A stretch of 64,000 bases of DNA from Eubacteriales bacterium (GCA_045544735.1 JAZPZM010000077.1:971-64970), one strand, 5' to 3'. Counted from the first letter of the stretch, positions 8,512 to 16,251 are shown. Notes: generated by a model not told the origin, from the sequence alone. Translations and numbers: made by a program.

Positions 8512-8539
8512 TGGACTTTTGCGTTTTTATGTTTATACT
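8512..8539 (+). promoter_or_regulatory. Candidate promoter (TGGACT - 16 nt - TATACT) inside the second copy of TCTGGACTTTTGC
   Basis: Same 13-mer as at 8125-8137. It precedes the 8582 gene. Confidence 0.35.
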
Positions 8540-8581
8540 TGTGCCCCGCCGCGAAAGGCGTGCTCGGAAAGGAAAAAACAT

Positions 8582-8992
8582 ATGAAAAGATTGATTACCA
8601 TCATCCTCGCGTTTATTATGGCATTCTTCACATCACCGAGTCGGGGTGCAGATGAGCCGCCCGTGACCGCCGAAAAGTCGCCACAAGCGGAGATAACAAC
8701 ATCGGCGGAGGATGTGCCCGAAGAAAGCCACGCGACCGCCACGTCGCCCGTTGGCGTGGGAGAGAAAACAGAAGCTGCGGTGAAACCCGAAGACAAGGAA
8801 ATAGGCTTCACTGAAGAAAAAACCGCCGATAACGTCGGCGAAAGTGAACAAGGTACTGTCGAATACAAGCCGCAGATCGGAGGTCAGCCCAATCCATTCG
8901 AGAATAACACGCCTACCGAAATTGACGATCAGCCCGCCGAAGACTACATAGGCGAAGGCGAAGACCGACCAGGGGAGGGAATACACTTCTAA
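8582..8992 (+). CDS. Secreted acidic low-complexity protein, unknown function
   Basis: Signal-peptide-like N-terminus MKRLITIILAFIMAFFTSPSRGA. The rest is rich in Glu/Pro/Thr. The ORF-track start at 8519 lacks an RBS. Confidence 0.55.
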   Translation: MKRLITIILAFIMAFFTSPSRGADEPPVTAEKSPQAEITTSAEDVPEESHATATSPVGVGEKTEAAVKPEDKEIGFTEEKTADNVGESEQGTVEYKPQIGGQPNPFENNTPTEIDDQPAEDYIGEGEDRPGEGIHF

Positions 8993-9005
8993 AGCCAACA
9001 CAAGT

Positions 9006-9029
9006 CAAGGGGTGAACGAAACGTTCACC
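9006..9029. repeat. Hairpin repeat CAAGGGGTGAACgAAACGTTCACC (family H1)
   Basis: 23/24 identical to 13197-13220. Confidence 0.8.
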
Positions 9030-9035
9030 ATACTA

Positions 9036-9085
9036 CTCAAAGAGGTTCAGAGCTTTGGCTCTGAACCTCTTTGAGTTTGTTTTTT
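9036..9085 (+). terminator. Rho-independent terminator (probably bidirectional)
   Basis: 18-bp stem CTCAAAGAGGTTCAGAGC/GCTCTGAACCTCTTTGAG, followed by TTTGTTTTTTG. It lies between convergent genes. Confidence 0.85.
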
Positions 9086-9127
9086 GTGTATCCCCTTGCG
9101 TTGCAATGCTTCGATAATGGTCCGTGC

Positions 9128-9976
9128 TTAATCTCGTCCGCTGAACACCTTCATGGTGGTCAAAGCGTTCTCCTTCATAGCATTCTGAACGTTCAGGGCA
9201 AGGTTGTGGTAGAAATCCGCTTCCTTGTCTGCAACCGTTCTTCTTGCTTCAGCATAGCCTGCATAGGATAGATATGAGTAATAATTGATTTTGTTTATAC
9301 CTCGCGCGATAACCTCGCGATATTCCTCGTGGGAAATACCGCTTCCGCCATGCATGACAAGGGGCAGATCGGTGTATTGGCGAACCTGCGTGATGATATC
9401 CATGTTCAATACGGGCTTGGTTTGGTATATACCGTGCGCTGTACCAAAGGCAATTGCCAAAGCGTCTATCCCCGTGCTTGCAAGAAATTCAGGCACAAGC
9501 GCAGGGCGCGTGTAAAGATCGGCGGGATCGGTAACCGTGCTCTCTCCGCCGCCCTCTCTTTGAGGAAGCGCCCCAAGCTCTGCCTCTACGTCTACACCGT
9601 GAGCGTGTGCGTAATCCACCACTTCCTTAGTTCCAATTACGTTTTGCTCATAGGGGAGAGTGGAATAGTCGATCATAACAGAAGTAAATCCCAAATCAAT
9701 AGCGCGTTTGCAATATTCAAAATCCTCGCCATGATCAAGATGTACGCACACCTTTACGCCGCTGCGCTTAACAAGCTCGACCATCACGGGTCCGATCTTG
9801 TCAAGGCGTGATACGCTCTCGTGGCATTGAGCATGAGCAATGATAACGGGAACGTTTAGCGTTTCCGCCGCATCCAAAACCGCAAGCAAGCATTCCAAAT
9901 TAGGCGTGTTAAAGCTACCAACGGCAATATTTTGCCTTCTGCCCTCGGCAATTACGTCTTTAAGTCCTACTAACAT
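9128..9976 (-). CDS. Class II ketose/fructose-bisphosphate aldolase family protein
   Basis: 282 aa. Motifs NIAVGSFN, VPVIIAHAQ, VHLDHG, LAIAFGTAHG and VMHGGSG are typical of the class II aldolase family. Confidence 0.85.
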   Translation of the reverse strand: MLVGLKDVIAEGRRQNIAVGSFNTPNLECLLAVLDAAETLNVPVIIAHAQCHESVSRLDKIGPVMVELVKRSGVKVCVHLDHGEDFEYCKRAIDLGFTSVMIDYSTLPYEQNVIGTKEVVDYAHAHGVDVEAELGALPQREGGGESTVTDPADLYTRPALVPEFLASTGIDALAIAFGTAHGIYQTKPVLNMDIITQVRQYTDLPLVMHGGSGISHEEYREVIARGINKINYYSYLSYAGYAEARRTVADKEADFYHNLALNVQNAMKENALTTMKVFSGRD

Positions 9977-9981
9977 ATCTC

Positions 9982-11376
9982 TTACCTCTCAATATCAATC
10001 AATTCATAGCCCAGATACGTTTTGAATGCCTCCTCCAAAACGTATTTCATATGACCTACGCCAACCGTCGTGTGATGCTTGAATCCACCCTTGGCAAGGC
10101 GGATCAGCTTGTTTTGCAGATCGGGAATTTCGGCAACACCGCCACATCCGAAGAAGCTGCCTTCGATCTTATCATCGGTAAATTTCGCTTCACTGACGTA
10201 TACCTTAAGCTTTCCGTCCTCGGTAAAACCGTTTGAAAATGTCATGTCAAATGCGGATATGCGCCCTTCGTTCGTGCCCCATCCGCTTCCCGGGTCTTCC
10301 TTGGCAAACATCTTGTGCTCGGTCACAACACCCTTGGCAGTCATAAGACTCTGCGCAACGGGTCCGCAATGGAACAGGATGACCTTGTTCTCGTCATCAC
10401 CGTAATTGTTATTCCAATCAAGACAAGCCGTAGGACGTCCGCTTGCAAGCTGCATAGCACGCATAGTTATCGCACTGGTAAGGTCTATCTCGCAGGAGCA
10501 TACGATTCCTCTGTCATTCAGCTCGGAGATGAGAACGCAGGGACAAACTCGGAGGATGGTTTCCATCTCGTTCCAACAGCGAAGCGTCAGAGCGTCAAGG
10601 TGATACTCTTCTATGTATTCATCAATAACTACGGATATTTTCGCAAGAGTCAGCATATTCTGCGCGGGCACCTTCGTGAAATCGGCATACTGCAAAAGGC
10701 GCTTGACTCTTGCAAGCACAGCGGCATCGTCGTCGGCTTTTGCCTGCACCTTGAAAATCAACTCGGAGAGGTCAAAGCTTTCTACGTTTATACCGTATCT
10801 CTGCAACGTTACCTCATCAAAGCGCACGGTCTTGAATGCCGTCGTTCTTGCTCCGATGCAACCGAGGTTAAAGCGCTTCATTCCCTTGACTACGCGGCAT
10901 ATAGCTGCAAAATCATCAAGATTTTGGCGAAAAGCTTCGCTCAAAGGATGAACAACGTGCGGTTTCATGACCGTAAAGGGAAGCTTATACTGATAAAACA
11001 CGTCGGTTACGGAGAATTTTCCGCAATACGCATCGCGGCGATGTCTGAAATCCATTTTTCCTATCTCATCGGGGTACGCCTGCATTAAGATGGGAACGCC
11101 TGCATCCTGAAGAGCGGTGATAGCGCCGTTTTCGTCAATAAATATGGGCATACAGAGAATAACTCCGTCATATTCACCCTCGTGACGCTTGAGCCAATCG
11201 TGGTATAAACGCCCCTCATCTCGCGTTTCGATAGCTCCATAGCGAGTCAGACTCTCATCCATCGCAATATAGTCATAGCCTGCATCGGTTACGGCTTTTA
11301 TCATATCGGCTCTCGCGCCGGTGATCAGCTCTCCGGGCATAAATCCTCGGTTTCCAAAATATAACGCAAATTTCAT
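9982..11376 (-). CDS. L-fucose/L-arabinose isomerase family protein
   Basis: About 464 aa. N-terminus MKFALYFGNRGFMPGEL and overall length fit the fucose-isomerase-like family. AAGGAG lies 10 nt upstream of ATG 11376, so the TTG at 11385 is unlikely to be the start. Confidence 0.65.
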   Translation of the reverse strand: MKFALYFGNRGFMPGELITGARADMIKAVTDAGYDYIAMDESLTRYGAIETRDEGRLYHDWLKRHEGEYDGVILCMPIFIDENGAITALQDAGVPILMQAYPDEIGKMDFRHRRDAYCGKFSVTDVFYQYKLPFTVMKPHVVHPLSEAFRQNLDDFAAICRVVKGMKRFNLGCIGARTTAFKTVRFDEVTLQRYGINVESFDLSELIFKVQAKADDDAAVLARVKRLLQYADFTKVPAQNMLTLAKISVVIDEYIEEYHLDALTLRCWNEMETILRVCPCVLISELNDRGIVCSCEIDLTSAITMRAMQLASGRPTACLDWNNNYGDDENKVILFHCGPVAQSLMTAKGVVTEHKMFAKEDPGSGWGTNEGRISAFDMTFSNGFTEDGKLKVYVSEAKFTDDKIEGSFFGCGGVAEIPDLQNKLIRLAKGGFKHHTTVGVGHMKYVLEEAFKTYLGYELIDIER

Positions 11377-11377
11377 C

Positions 11378-12240
11378 TTAAGCAAGCTCCTTTACAAGTT
11401 TATAAATTTTTTTGTATTTTTCGTATTTTCTCTCGTACGCACCCGATGGGGCGGGGGAGAAATGCTTGGTGTAGCGCGTAAATATCTTTCGCGCATCTTC
11501 AAGTGTAGCTATACCGCCAATCGCAACCGATTGAAGCATAGCACAGCCGCACAGACCTGATCGTGAGAGCCAAGCACAAGAAGCGCGGGAACGTTCCATT
11601 CGGGCTTTAGCTTTCCAACGATACTGCCCGCTCGCATCGGAGTAGAGAATAGGGATTTGTTTATTCCGAAGCGCCCCAAGACCTCATCCGAGAATTGCAT
11701 AGCTCTGATGTCAAATGCCCCCGTTCTCGATGCTAAGGCATAGTCTATCACGCGCTTACCCGTGAGCAGATAACCGATGTAATCACCGATAAGCATTACC
11801 TTGTGCGCTTTTGAAAACACGTCAGGCGCATGGCGCTTGATCCACAAAAGCTTTGATAGCGAATACATGCTGTGCGGCACGACACCCGTGATGAGAAACG
11901 CCCTTTCCTCACCGATGGCGGACTTGATCTCCTCCGCTTCCTCCTCGCCGCGCGTGTCGGTGTAGAGCATGGGGTGAAAAAGAATCCTGTCATTCTCATC
12001 CAAAAGTACGAAGGACTCTCCGAGCGACGAGATGCAAATAGATGAGATGTCAAAGTCTCTCGATATCTCCTCTATCATCTCGCGCAAATGACCTTCGATA
12101 GCCGAAACGTCGACGTAACTATCGCCGTCTATTATCTTGAACGCGTATTCCCTGAATAAATATTTTATTATATCTCCATTTTCGGAGAACAACTGACACT
12201 TACAACCAGTTGTGCCAACATCTATGCTCAAATAAGTCAT
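11378..12240 (-). pseudogene. FGGY-family sugar kinase, internally deleted and frameshifted
   Basis: The N-terminal domain is intact (MTYLSIDVGTTGCKCQLF ... GSHDQVCAA) and then stops at 11509. A second frame (11599-11378) encodes only the extreme C-terminus (GCAMLQSVAIGG...YEKYKKIY). The total span is 863 nt, whereas a full-length FGGY kinase needs about 1.5 kb. Confidence 0.8.
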
Positions 12241-12336
12241 TTTCTGCTCCTTTTTTATTATTCTACTTGATTTTTTGCTTGAATTATAGTATTATTTATA
12301 TAAAAGTATGGTAATTTTGTATGAGGAATTACGAAT

Positions 12337-13173
12337 ATGTCAACATTTGATTTTGATGCCCTAAAACAGCTTTTATATGATTTTTATACCTTGACTAATA
12401 TCAAAACCTGCCTTTATGATTCCGAGGGGAACGAGCTTTGCTACTATCCTACGAAATTCAGCGGCTTTTGCGAGATTTTGCGCAAGGATGGGAAAATGGA
12501 CCTGCGTTGCAAGGACTGCGATAAGCACGCCTTTGCGGAGTGCAGAAAAACGCGCAGTCAATATAGCTATACCTGCCACGCGGGCTTACGGGAATGTCTG
12601 TCGCCCATCATTTACAACAATCACATCATCGGCTTCATGATGATAGGTCAGATCAAAAATAACGGCACAGATATCGCAGAACTGGAGAAAGAGCTTCCCG
12701 AATATTTGAGAAGCAAGTTGCGCGCAGCATACGATAGTTTGCCTACCATTTCTGAAGAAAAGTTGATTTCAGCATTTCGTATTTTAGATGCCTGCACAAA
12801 CTACGAACGTTTGAAAACCATGGTAGAACTCTATAACGATCCAATCGAAGCGCAAATAGACAAATATATCTACGAAAATCTTTCAAAGCCGCTGTCCGTA
12901 TCCCATCTATGTTCGCACTTCCATTTGTCGCATTACGAGATATATCAGATATGTAACGAATATTTTTGCGCAACACCCGCCAAGCACATAAAGAATTGCA
13001 GACTCGCATACGCATGCAAGCTGTTGGCGACCACGGATTTTGCCGTGAGCAAGATCGCGTTGCTTTGCGGCATCGAGGATTATAATTATTTTTCAAAGCT
13101 ATTCAAAGCCACTTACGGTATCAACCCCACGGATTACAGGAAAAACAATATCGCTTCCTCTCGCGTGGATTGA
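12337..13173 (+). CDS. AraC-family transcriptional regulator with N-terminal PocR sensor domain
   Basis: Cys-rich PocR-like N-terminus (FCEILR...RCKDCDKHAFAECR...YTCHAGL...IGFMMIGQI). C-terminal AraC HTH (ACKLLATTDFAVSKIALLCGIEDYNYFSKLFKATYGINP). Confidence 0.85.
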   Translation: MSTFDFDALKQLLYDFYTLTNIKTCLYDSEGNELCYYPTKFSGFCEILRKDGKMDLRCKDCDKHAFAECRKTRSQYSYTCHAGLRECLSPIIYNNHIIGFMMIGQIKNNGTDIAELEKELPEYLRSKLRAAYDSLPTISEEKLISAFRILDACTNYERLKTMVELYNDPIEAQIDKYIYENLSKPLSVSHLCSHFHLSHYEIYQICNEYFCATPAKHIKNCRLAYACKLLATTDFAVSKIALLCGIEDYNYFSKLFKATYGINPTDYRKNNIASSRVD

Positions 13174-13180
13174 TTTTTAT

Positions 13181-13283
13181 TATACCTACACACAAACAAG
13201 GGGTGAACTAAACGTTCACCCCTTGCGGTTTGATATATTACGGTTTAACGATGGGTGGAAAAAATGTCCATGCACAATTCGAC
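13181..13283. repeat. Module copy A (shortened): -10 remnant, hairpin H1, conserved box
   Basis: ATTATACC remnant at 13181-13190. Hairpin CAAGGGGTGAACTAAACGTTCACCCCTTG at 13197-13225. Box TTTAACGATGGGTGGAAAAAATGTCC...CAATTCGAC at 13244-13283. Confidence 0.7.
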
Positions 13284-13313
13284 ATGCTTGGGAAGTTGTG
13301 ATTCGGCATAGCT

Positions 13314-13886
13314 TTAATCACTATCAGCAATACGAAGTCCTTGCATTTTCGCGGCGTATTTCAACTCATATACCGTATCTGTCTCGCTTGCATTTGAGAT
13401 GCTGTGCAGCTCTTTTTTGGCATCTTCCATGGAAGCATAAAAACCAAGCAAAGTCCGCTTGTTAATTCCGAAAACGCCTTTTGAAATTCCATAAAGCGCA
13501 CACGTCGGAACTTTTACTTTTTCATTTGCTTTAGTCAATCCCGTAATTAAAGTGGCTTCGCCGTTGGTGCTGATAGTTTCAATTGAAAATTCTTCAAACG
13601 TTGATATCTTTCTCTTGTTAATATCAATGATATATAGTTTTCTCGGAATACGAATATCTTGCCGAACAGGTTGAGTGGATTGCGATATTTCCTCATCTTT
13701 AATAAGATAATCGGTAGAAACTTCAAACAGTTCGCTTATAAGCGAGAGCTTTTCAATGTCGGGAGCGCTTGCTCCGCTTTCCCATTTTGATACTGCCTGT
13801 CGGGATACTTCTAATTTTTCTGCAAGCTGTTCTTGGGACAGCCCCTTGCTTTTTCGTAACTGTTGAATCTTTACAGAAATACTCAT
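13314..13886 (-). CDS. XRE-family HTH protein with uncharacterised C-terminal domain
   Basis: The HTH (LRKSKGLSQEQLAEKLEVSRQAVSKWESG) is typical of XRE regulators. AAGGAAG lies 7 nt before ATG 13886. Confidence 0.8.
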   Translation of the reverse strand: MSISVKIQQLRKSKGLSQEQLAEKLEVSRQAVSKWESGASAPDIEKLSLISELFEVSTDYLIKDEEISQSTQPVRQDIRIPRKLYIIDINKRKISTFEEFSIETISTNGEATLITGLTKANEKVKVPTCALYGISKGVFGINKRTLLGFYASMEDAKKELHSISNASETDTVYELKYAAKMQGLRIADSD

Positions 13887-14032
13887 AATGAAGCTTCCTT
13901 TCAAAATTAGTATATGGCTATTTTAACCTGTAACGAGCATAAAGTCTACCACTAAAACGTGGAATAATGTCAACTGATGGTTGCATTTCTGCCATATTGT
14001 TTGAAAATCAAGTTTTGCGGATTGTTTTTACG

Positions 14033-14158
14033 AACTGATTATACCACAAACCGCCACGAAGCGCAACTGCTTTTATACAAGAAAAGGGGAGAACAAATTG
14101 TTCTCCCTGTATCACAGTTCAACGATGGGTGGAAAAAATGCCCTCCCATAATTCGGTC
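14033..14158. repeat. Module copy B (~125 bp): minus-strand promoter, hairpin terminator, conserved box
   Basis: About 87% identical by eye to 14815-14941. On the - strand it reads: box, then GGGAGAACAATTTGTTCTCCCC+TTTT, then TTGCGC-17-TATAAT (14066-14038). Confidence 0.85.
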
Positions 14159-14183
14159 TGTTTGAAAAATGAAATTTGCGTGA

Positions 14184-14783
14184 TCAATTGTCTTTCTTGA
14201 TCCAAAACTTGTTTCCCAAATATCTACAAACTTTTTCTTTATATTCGATATACTCTTGACCAAAGGCTTCTATCAGAAAAGATTCTTCCACGTTTACAAT
14301 TTGCAAATGGAACAATCCTACGGCAAAGGCTGTTGCAAACATCAGATACCAATTGAAGAAAGCGCACAGGATACCGATATACATTAAGTCAAATCCCAAA
14401 AAAGCGGGGTTACGACTTATTGAGTAAATTCCAGTAGTGACAAGGCTTGTTTTCGCCTCCCGTTGAACGCCCGCTCTCCAATTGTCTTTCATTTCAGCTA
14501 CCGATGCAATAAAAGCTATGATGCCGAATGCTTCAACAATAACGCCCGCGATCTGCATCGGCAAAGGTATGTTTTCAAAATAAAACAGGATGCTGACGAT
14601 TTGTATTATAGGGAGAATATATGTTGTAATTTTCAGGGCGATCTCAATGAATTTTAGAAAACCTTCTTTTCCTTTTCCGAGTTGGTCAGTGTGTATTCCT
14701 CGCCTTTTTTGACTGATCATTTTGGAAAAATAGCAAATATAAAATATTAACATCAATCCCAAGGCTATAATTTTTAGAGCCAT
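14184..14783 (-). CDS. Isoprenylcysteine carboxyl methyltransferase (ICMT/PEMT) family membrane protein
   Basis: Multi-TM protein with the SRNPAFLGFDLMYIG motif typical of the family. GGAGGG RBS precedes ATG 14783 (MALKIIALGL). Confidence 0.8.
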   Translation of the reverse strand: MALKIIALGLMLIFYICYFSKMISQKRRGIHTDQLGKGKEGFLKFIEIALKITTYILPIIQIVSILFYFENIPLPMQIAGVIVEAFGIIAFIASVAEMKDNWRAGVQREAKTSLVTTGIYSISRNPAFLGFDLMYIGILCAFFNWYLMFATAFAVGLFHLQIVNVEESFLIEAFGQEYIEYKEKVCRYLGNKFWIKKDN

Positions 14784-14814
14784 TTTATTTCGCCCTCCAA
14801 ATTCGTGATTTACT

Positions 14815-14941
14815 AATTGATTATACCATAAACCACCGCGAAACACAACTGCTTTTATACAAGAAAAGGGGAGAACAAATTGTTCCCCCCTATATCACAG
14901 TTCAACGATGGGTGGGCAAAACGCCCAGTCATAATTTGGTC
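14815..14941. repeat. Module copy C (~125 bp): minus-strand promoter for the ICMT gene, hairpin terminator, conserved box
   Basis: On the - strand: TTGTGT-17-TATAAT (14848-14820) sits upstream of ICMT. Hairpin GGGGGGAACAATTTGTTCTCCCC+TTTT. Box at 14900-14941. Confidence 0.85.
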
Positions 14942-15079
14942 AGCCAATGCGAGATGGCGCGGAGAAGGGAATACAGTTTTAAAGTCCAACTAAAAAACAT
15001 TCAAAACTGTGAAAAAATTTCACAGCCTACACGCTTCAACTCGCATATCAGAAATACGCCGTTTATTCAAGAATAATGA

Positions 15080-15117
15080 ACCACCGCCGAGAGCGATCGT
15101 TTGGTTGCTCTCGTCGG
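15080..15117. repeat. Hairpin repeat (family H3) beginning ACCACCGCCGAGAG
   Basis: The 14-mer at 15080-15093 is identical to 16134-16147. Stem CCGCCGAGAGC/GCTCTCGtCGG. Confidence 0.75.
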
Positions 15118-15134
15118 TAAAATTTTACACATAT

Positions 15135-15163
15135 ATTATACCACAAAATCGGTAAAAAATCAA
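15135..15163 (-). promoter_or_regulatory. Orphan sigma-A-type promoter (TTGATT - 17 - TATAAT, TG-extended) firing into an ORF-free stretch
   Basis: The - strand reads TTGATTttttaccgattttgTGgTATAAT. The -10 region (GTGGTATAAT) matches those of modules B and C. Confidence 0.55.
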
Positions 15164-15166
15164 GTC

Positions 15167-15195
15167 TTGTATTTGCATAATCAATGTGTTATAAT
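15167..15195 (+). promoter_or_regulatory. Promoter for the methyltransferase gene (TTGTAT - 17 - TATAAT with TGt extension)
   Basis: Read directly from the sequence. It is divergent from the orphan promoter. Confidence 0.6.
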
Positions 15196-15224
15196 TTATC
15201 AAATCAAAAAAGGAGTGCTGTCAG

Positions 15225-16124
15225 ATGATTTTGAATGCGTTGGATGAAGTTTTGTTTTGGGATGATATTGATGTCTTAAAGACCTTTACAAAGCAGAATT
15301 GCGATAGATTTTATCCACATGATTTTGAAAATTACCATAAGAATCAAGAATCGTTTTTCAAGTCGGTTATCCCCAATAAAGCAGAATTCATTCGTCGATT
15401 AGAAAGCTATGCAAATGTTGGACAGCCTTTTTGGATTTCGGGTAGGAATAAGCTTAGTGATGATATTGATGCAAATTCGATGATTAAGGCTATTTCTGTA
15501 AGTTCTAAAATCGATAATGGAGAACAAAAAGCCAAACAAGCGTCAAAATGGCAAAAAAACAATCCTTCGTTTTGGAAATTCTACACGAATAATATCCTAC
15601 ATCAACAAGAAAATCGTATTCTTGAACTCACGATAGGCGCGGGCGGTGGAACGAATGCGGTTATGAGAGAAATGACACATCGTGACTATTATATGGGTGT
15701 TGATATAGATTTTGTTTGTGCAAAAAACGCTGACGCTCTCGCTAAATATTATAATATAAACGGTTTAGGTATTGCTACATCGTTATGGAAATTGCCTTTT
15801 GAAGATTGCATGTTTACATCGGTTTGTAGTAATGCAGGATTAGAAGAATGCCGAGAAATACCTACGATCATAGAAGAAGCATATAGGGTATTAATGCCCG
15901 GAGGTAAAATCGTTTTGCATTGTTTGAACACTAATAAAATGCAAGCGTATGCAAGATTTGAACAATACGGTTTCTCCGAAAAAGAAATGATATATTGGGC
16001 AAAGCAAATAAGAATGTACACATCTGCTGAAGGTGTCGAAGAACTGTTGAGCACCGTTGGATTCGAATTTTACAAGCGACTGATGGATGAAAAATTAGGT
16101 AGCATTCTCGTATTTGAAAAATAA
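15225..16124 (+). CDS. Class I SAM-dependent methyltransferase with ~130-aa unknown N-terminal region
   Basis: Motif I ILELTIGAGGGTN, motif II MGVDID, and VLMPGGKIVLH. AGGAG lies 9 nt before the ATG. Confidence 0.75.
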   Translation: MILNALDEVLFWDDIDVLKTFTKQNCDRFYPHDFENYHKNQESFFKSVIPNKAEFIRRLESYANVGQPFWISGRNKLSDDIDANSMIKAISVSSKIDNGEQKAKQASKWQKNNPSFWKFYTNNILHQQENRILELTIGAGGGTNAVMREMTHRDYYMGVDIDFVCAKNADALAKYYNINGLGIATSLWKLPFEDCMFTSVCSNAGLEECREIPTIIEEAYRVLMPGGKIVLHCLNTNKMQAYARFEQYGFSEKEMIYWAKQIRMYTSAEGVEELLSTVGFEFYKRLMDEKLGSILVFEK

Positions 16125-16133
16125 ATATATAAC

Positions 16134-16173
16134 ACCACCGCCGAGAGTAACTAAATGATTACCCTCGGCGGTG
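16134..16173 (+). terminator. Hairpin H3 copy, likely terminator of the methyltransferase gene
   Basis: 10-bp stem CACCGCCGAG/CTCGGCGGTG plus an inner GTAA/TTAC pairing. The following T-run is weak. Confidence 0.5.
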
Positions 16174-16194
16174 TGTTTCAATATGGATAACAAA

Positions 16195-16244
16195 GTAAAA
16201 AACAAATCCGAACAGTTCCGTAGTAACGAAACAGTTCGGATTTG
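16195..16244 (-). terminator. Rho-independent terminator of ssrA
   Basis: Stem CAAATCCGAAC/GTTCGGATTTG, followed on the - strand by TTTTTT. Confidence 0.8.
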
Positions 16245-16251
16245 CTTGTTC

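Noticed and set aside
14125-14149. Micro-ORF ATGGGTGGAAAAAATGCCCTCCCATAA (MGGKNALP) inside the conserved box. A sigma-54 reading of TGG...TGC was also considered.
   Set aside because: There is no RBS, and the peptide is not conserved between copies (different length and sequence in copies A and C). The GG-to-GC spacing is 8 nt, not the ~11 nt needed for a -24/-12 promoter.
13181-14941. Reading the repeated modules as integron attC sites or a gene-cassette array.
   Set aside because: There is no intI integrase or attI in the window. The cassettes carry their own promoters, which integron cassettes normally lack. The repeats do not show the R''-L''/L'-R' attC organisation.
12337-16251. Possible genomic island integrated at the 3' end of ssrA (tmRNA), a classic integration hot spot.
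   Set aside because: I found no direct repeat of the tmRNA 3' end (TGGTGGAGGCGAGGGGAATCGAACC) anywhere in 1-16250. There is no integrase, and ssrA has its own terminator at 16195-16244. The region is accessory-like, but an ssrA-targeted insertion is not supported.
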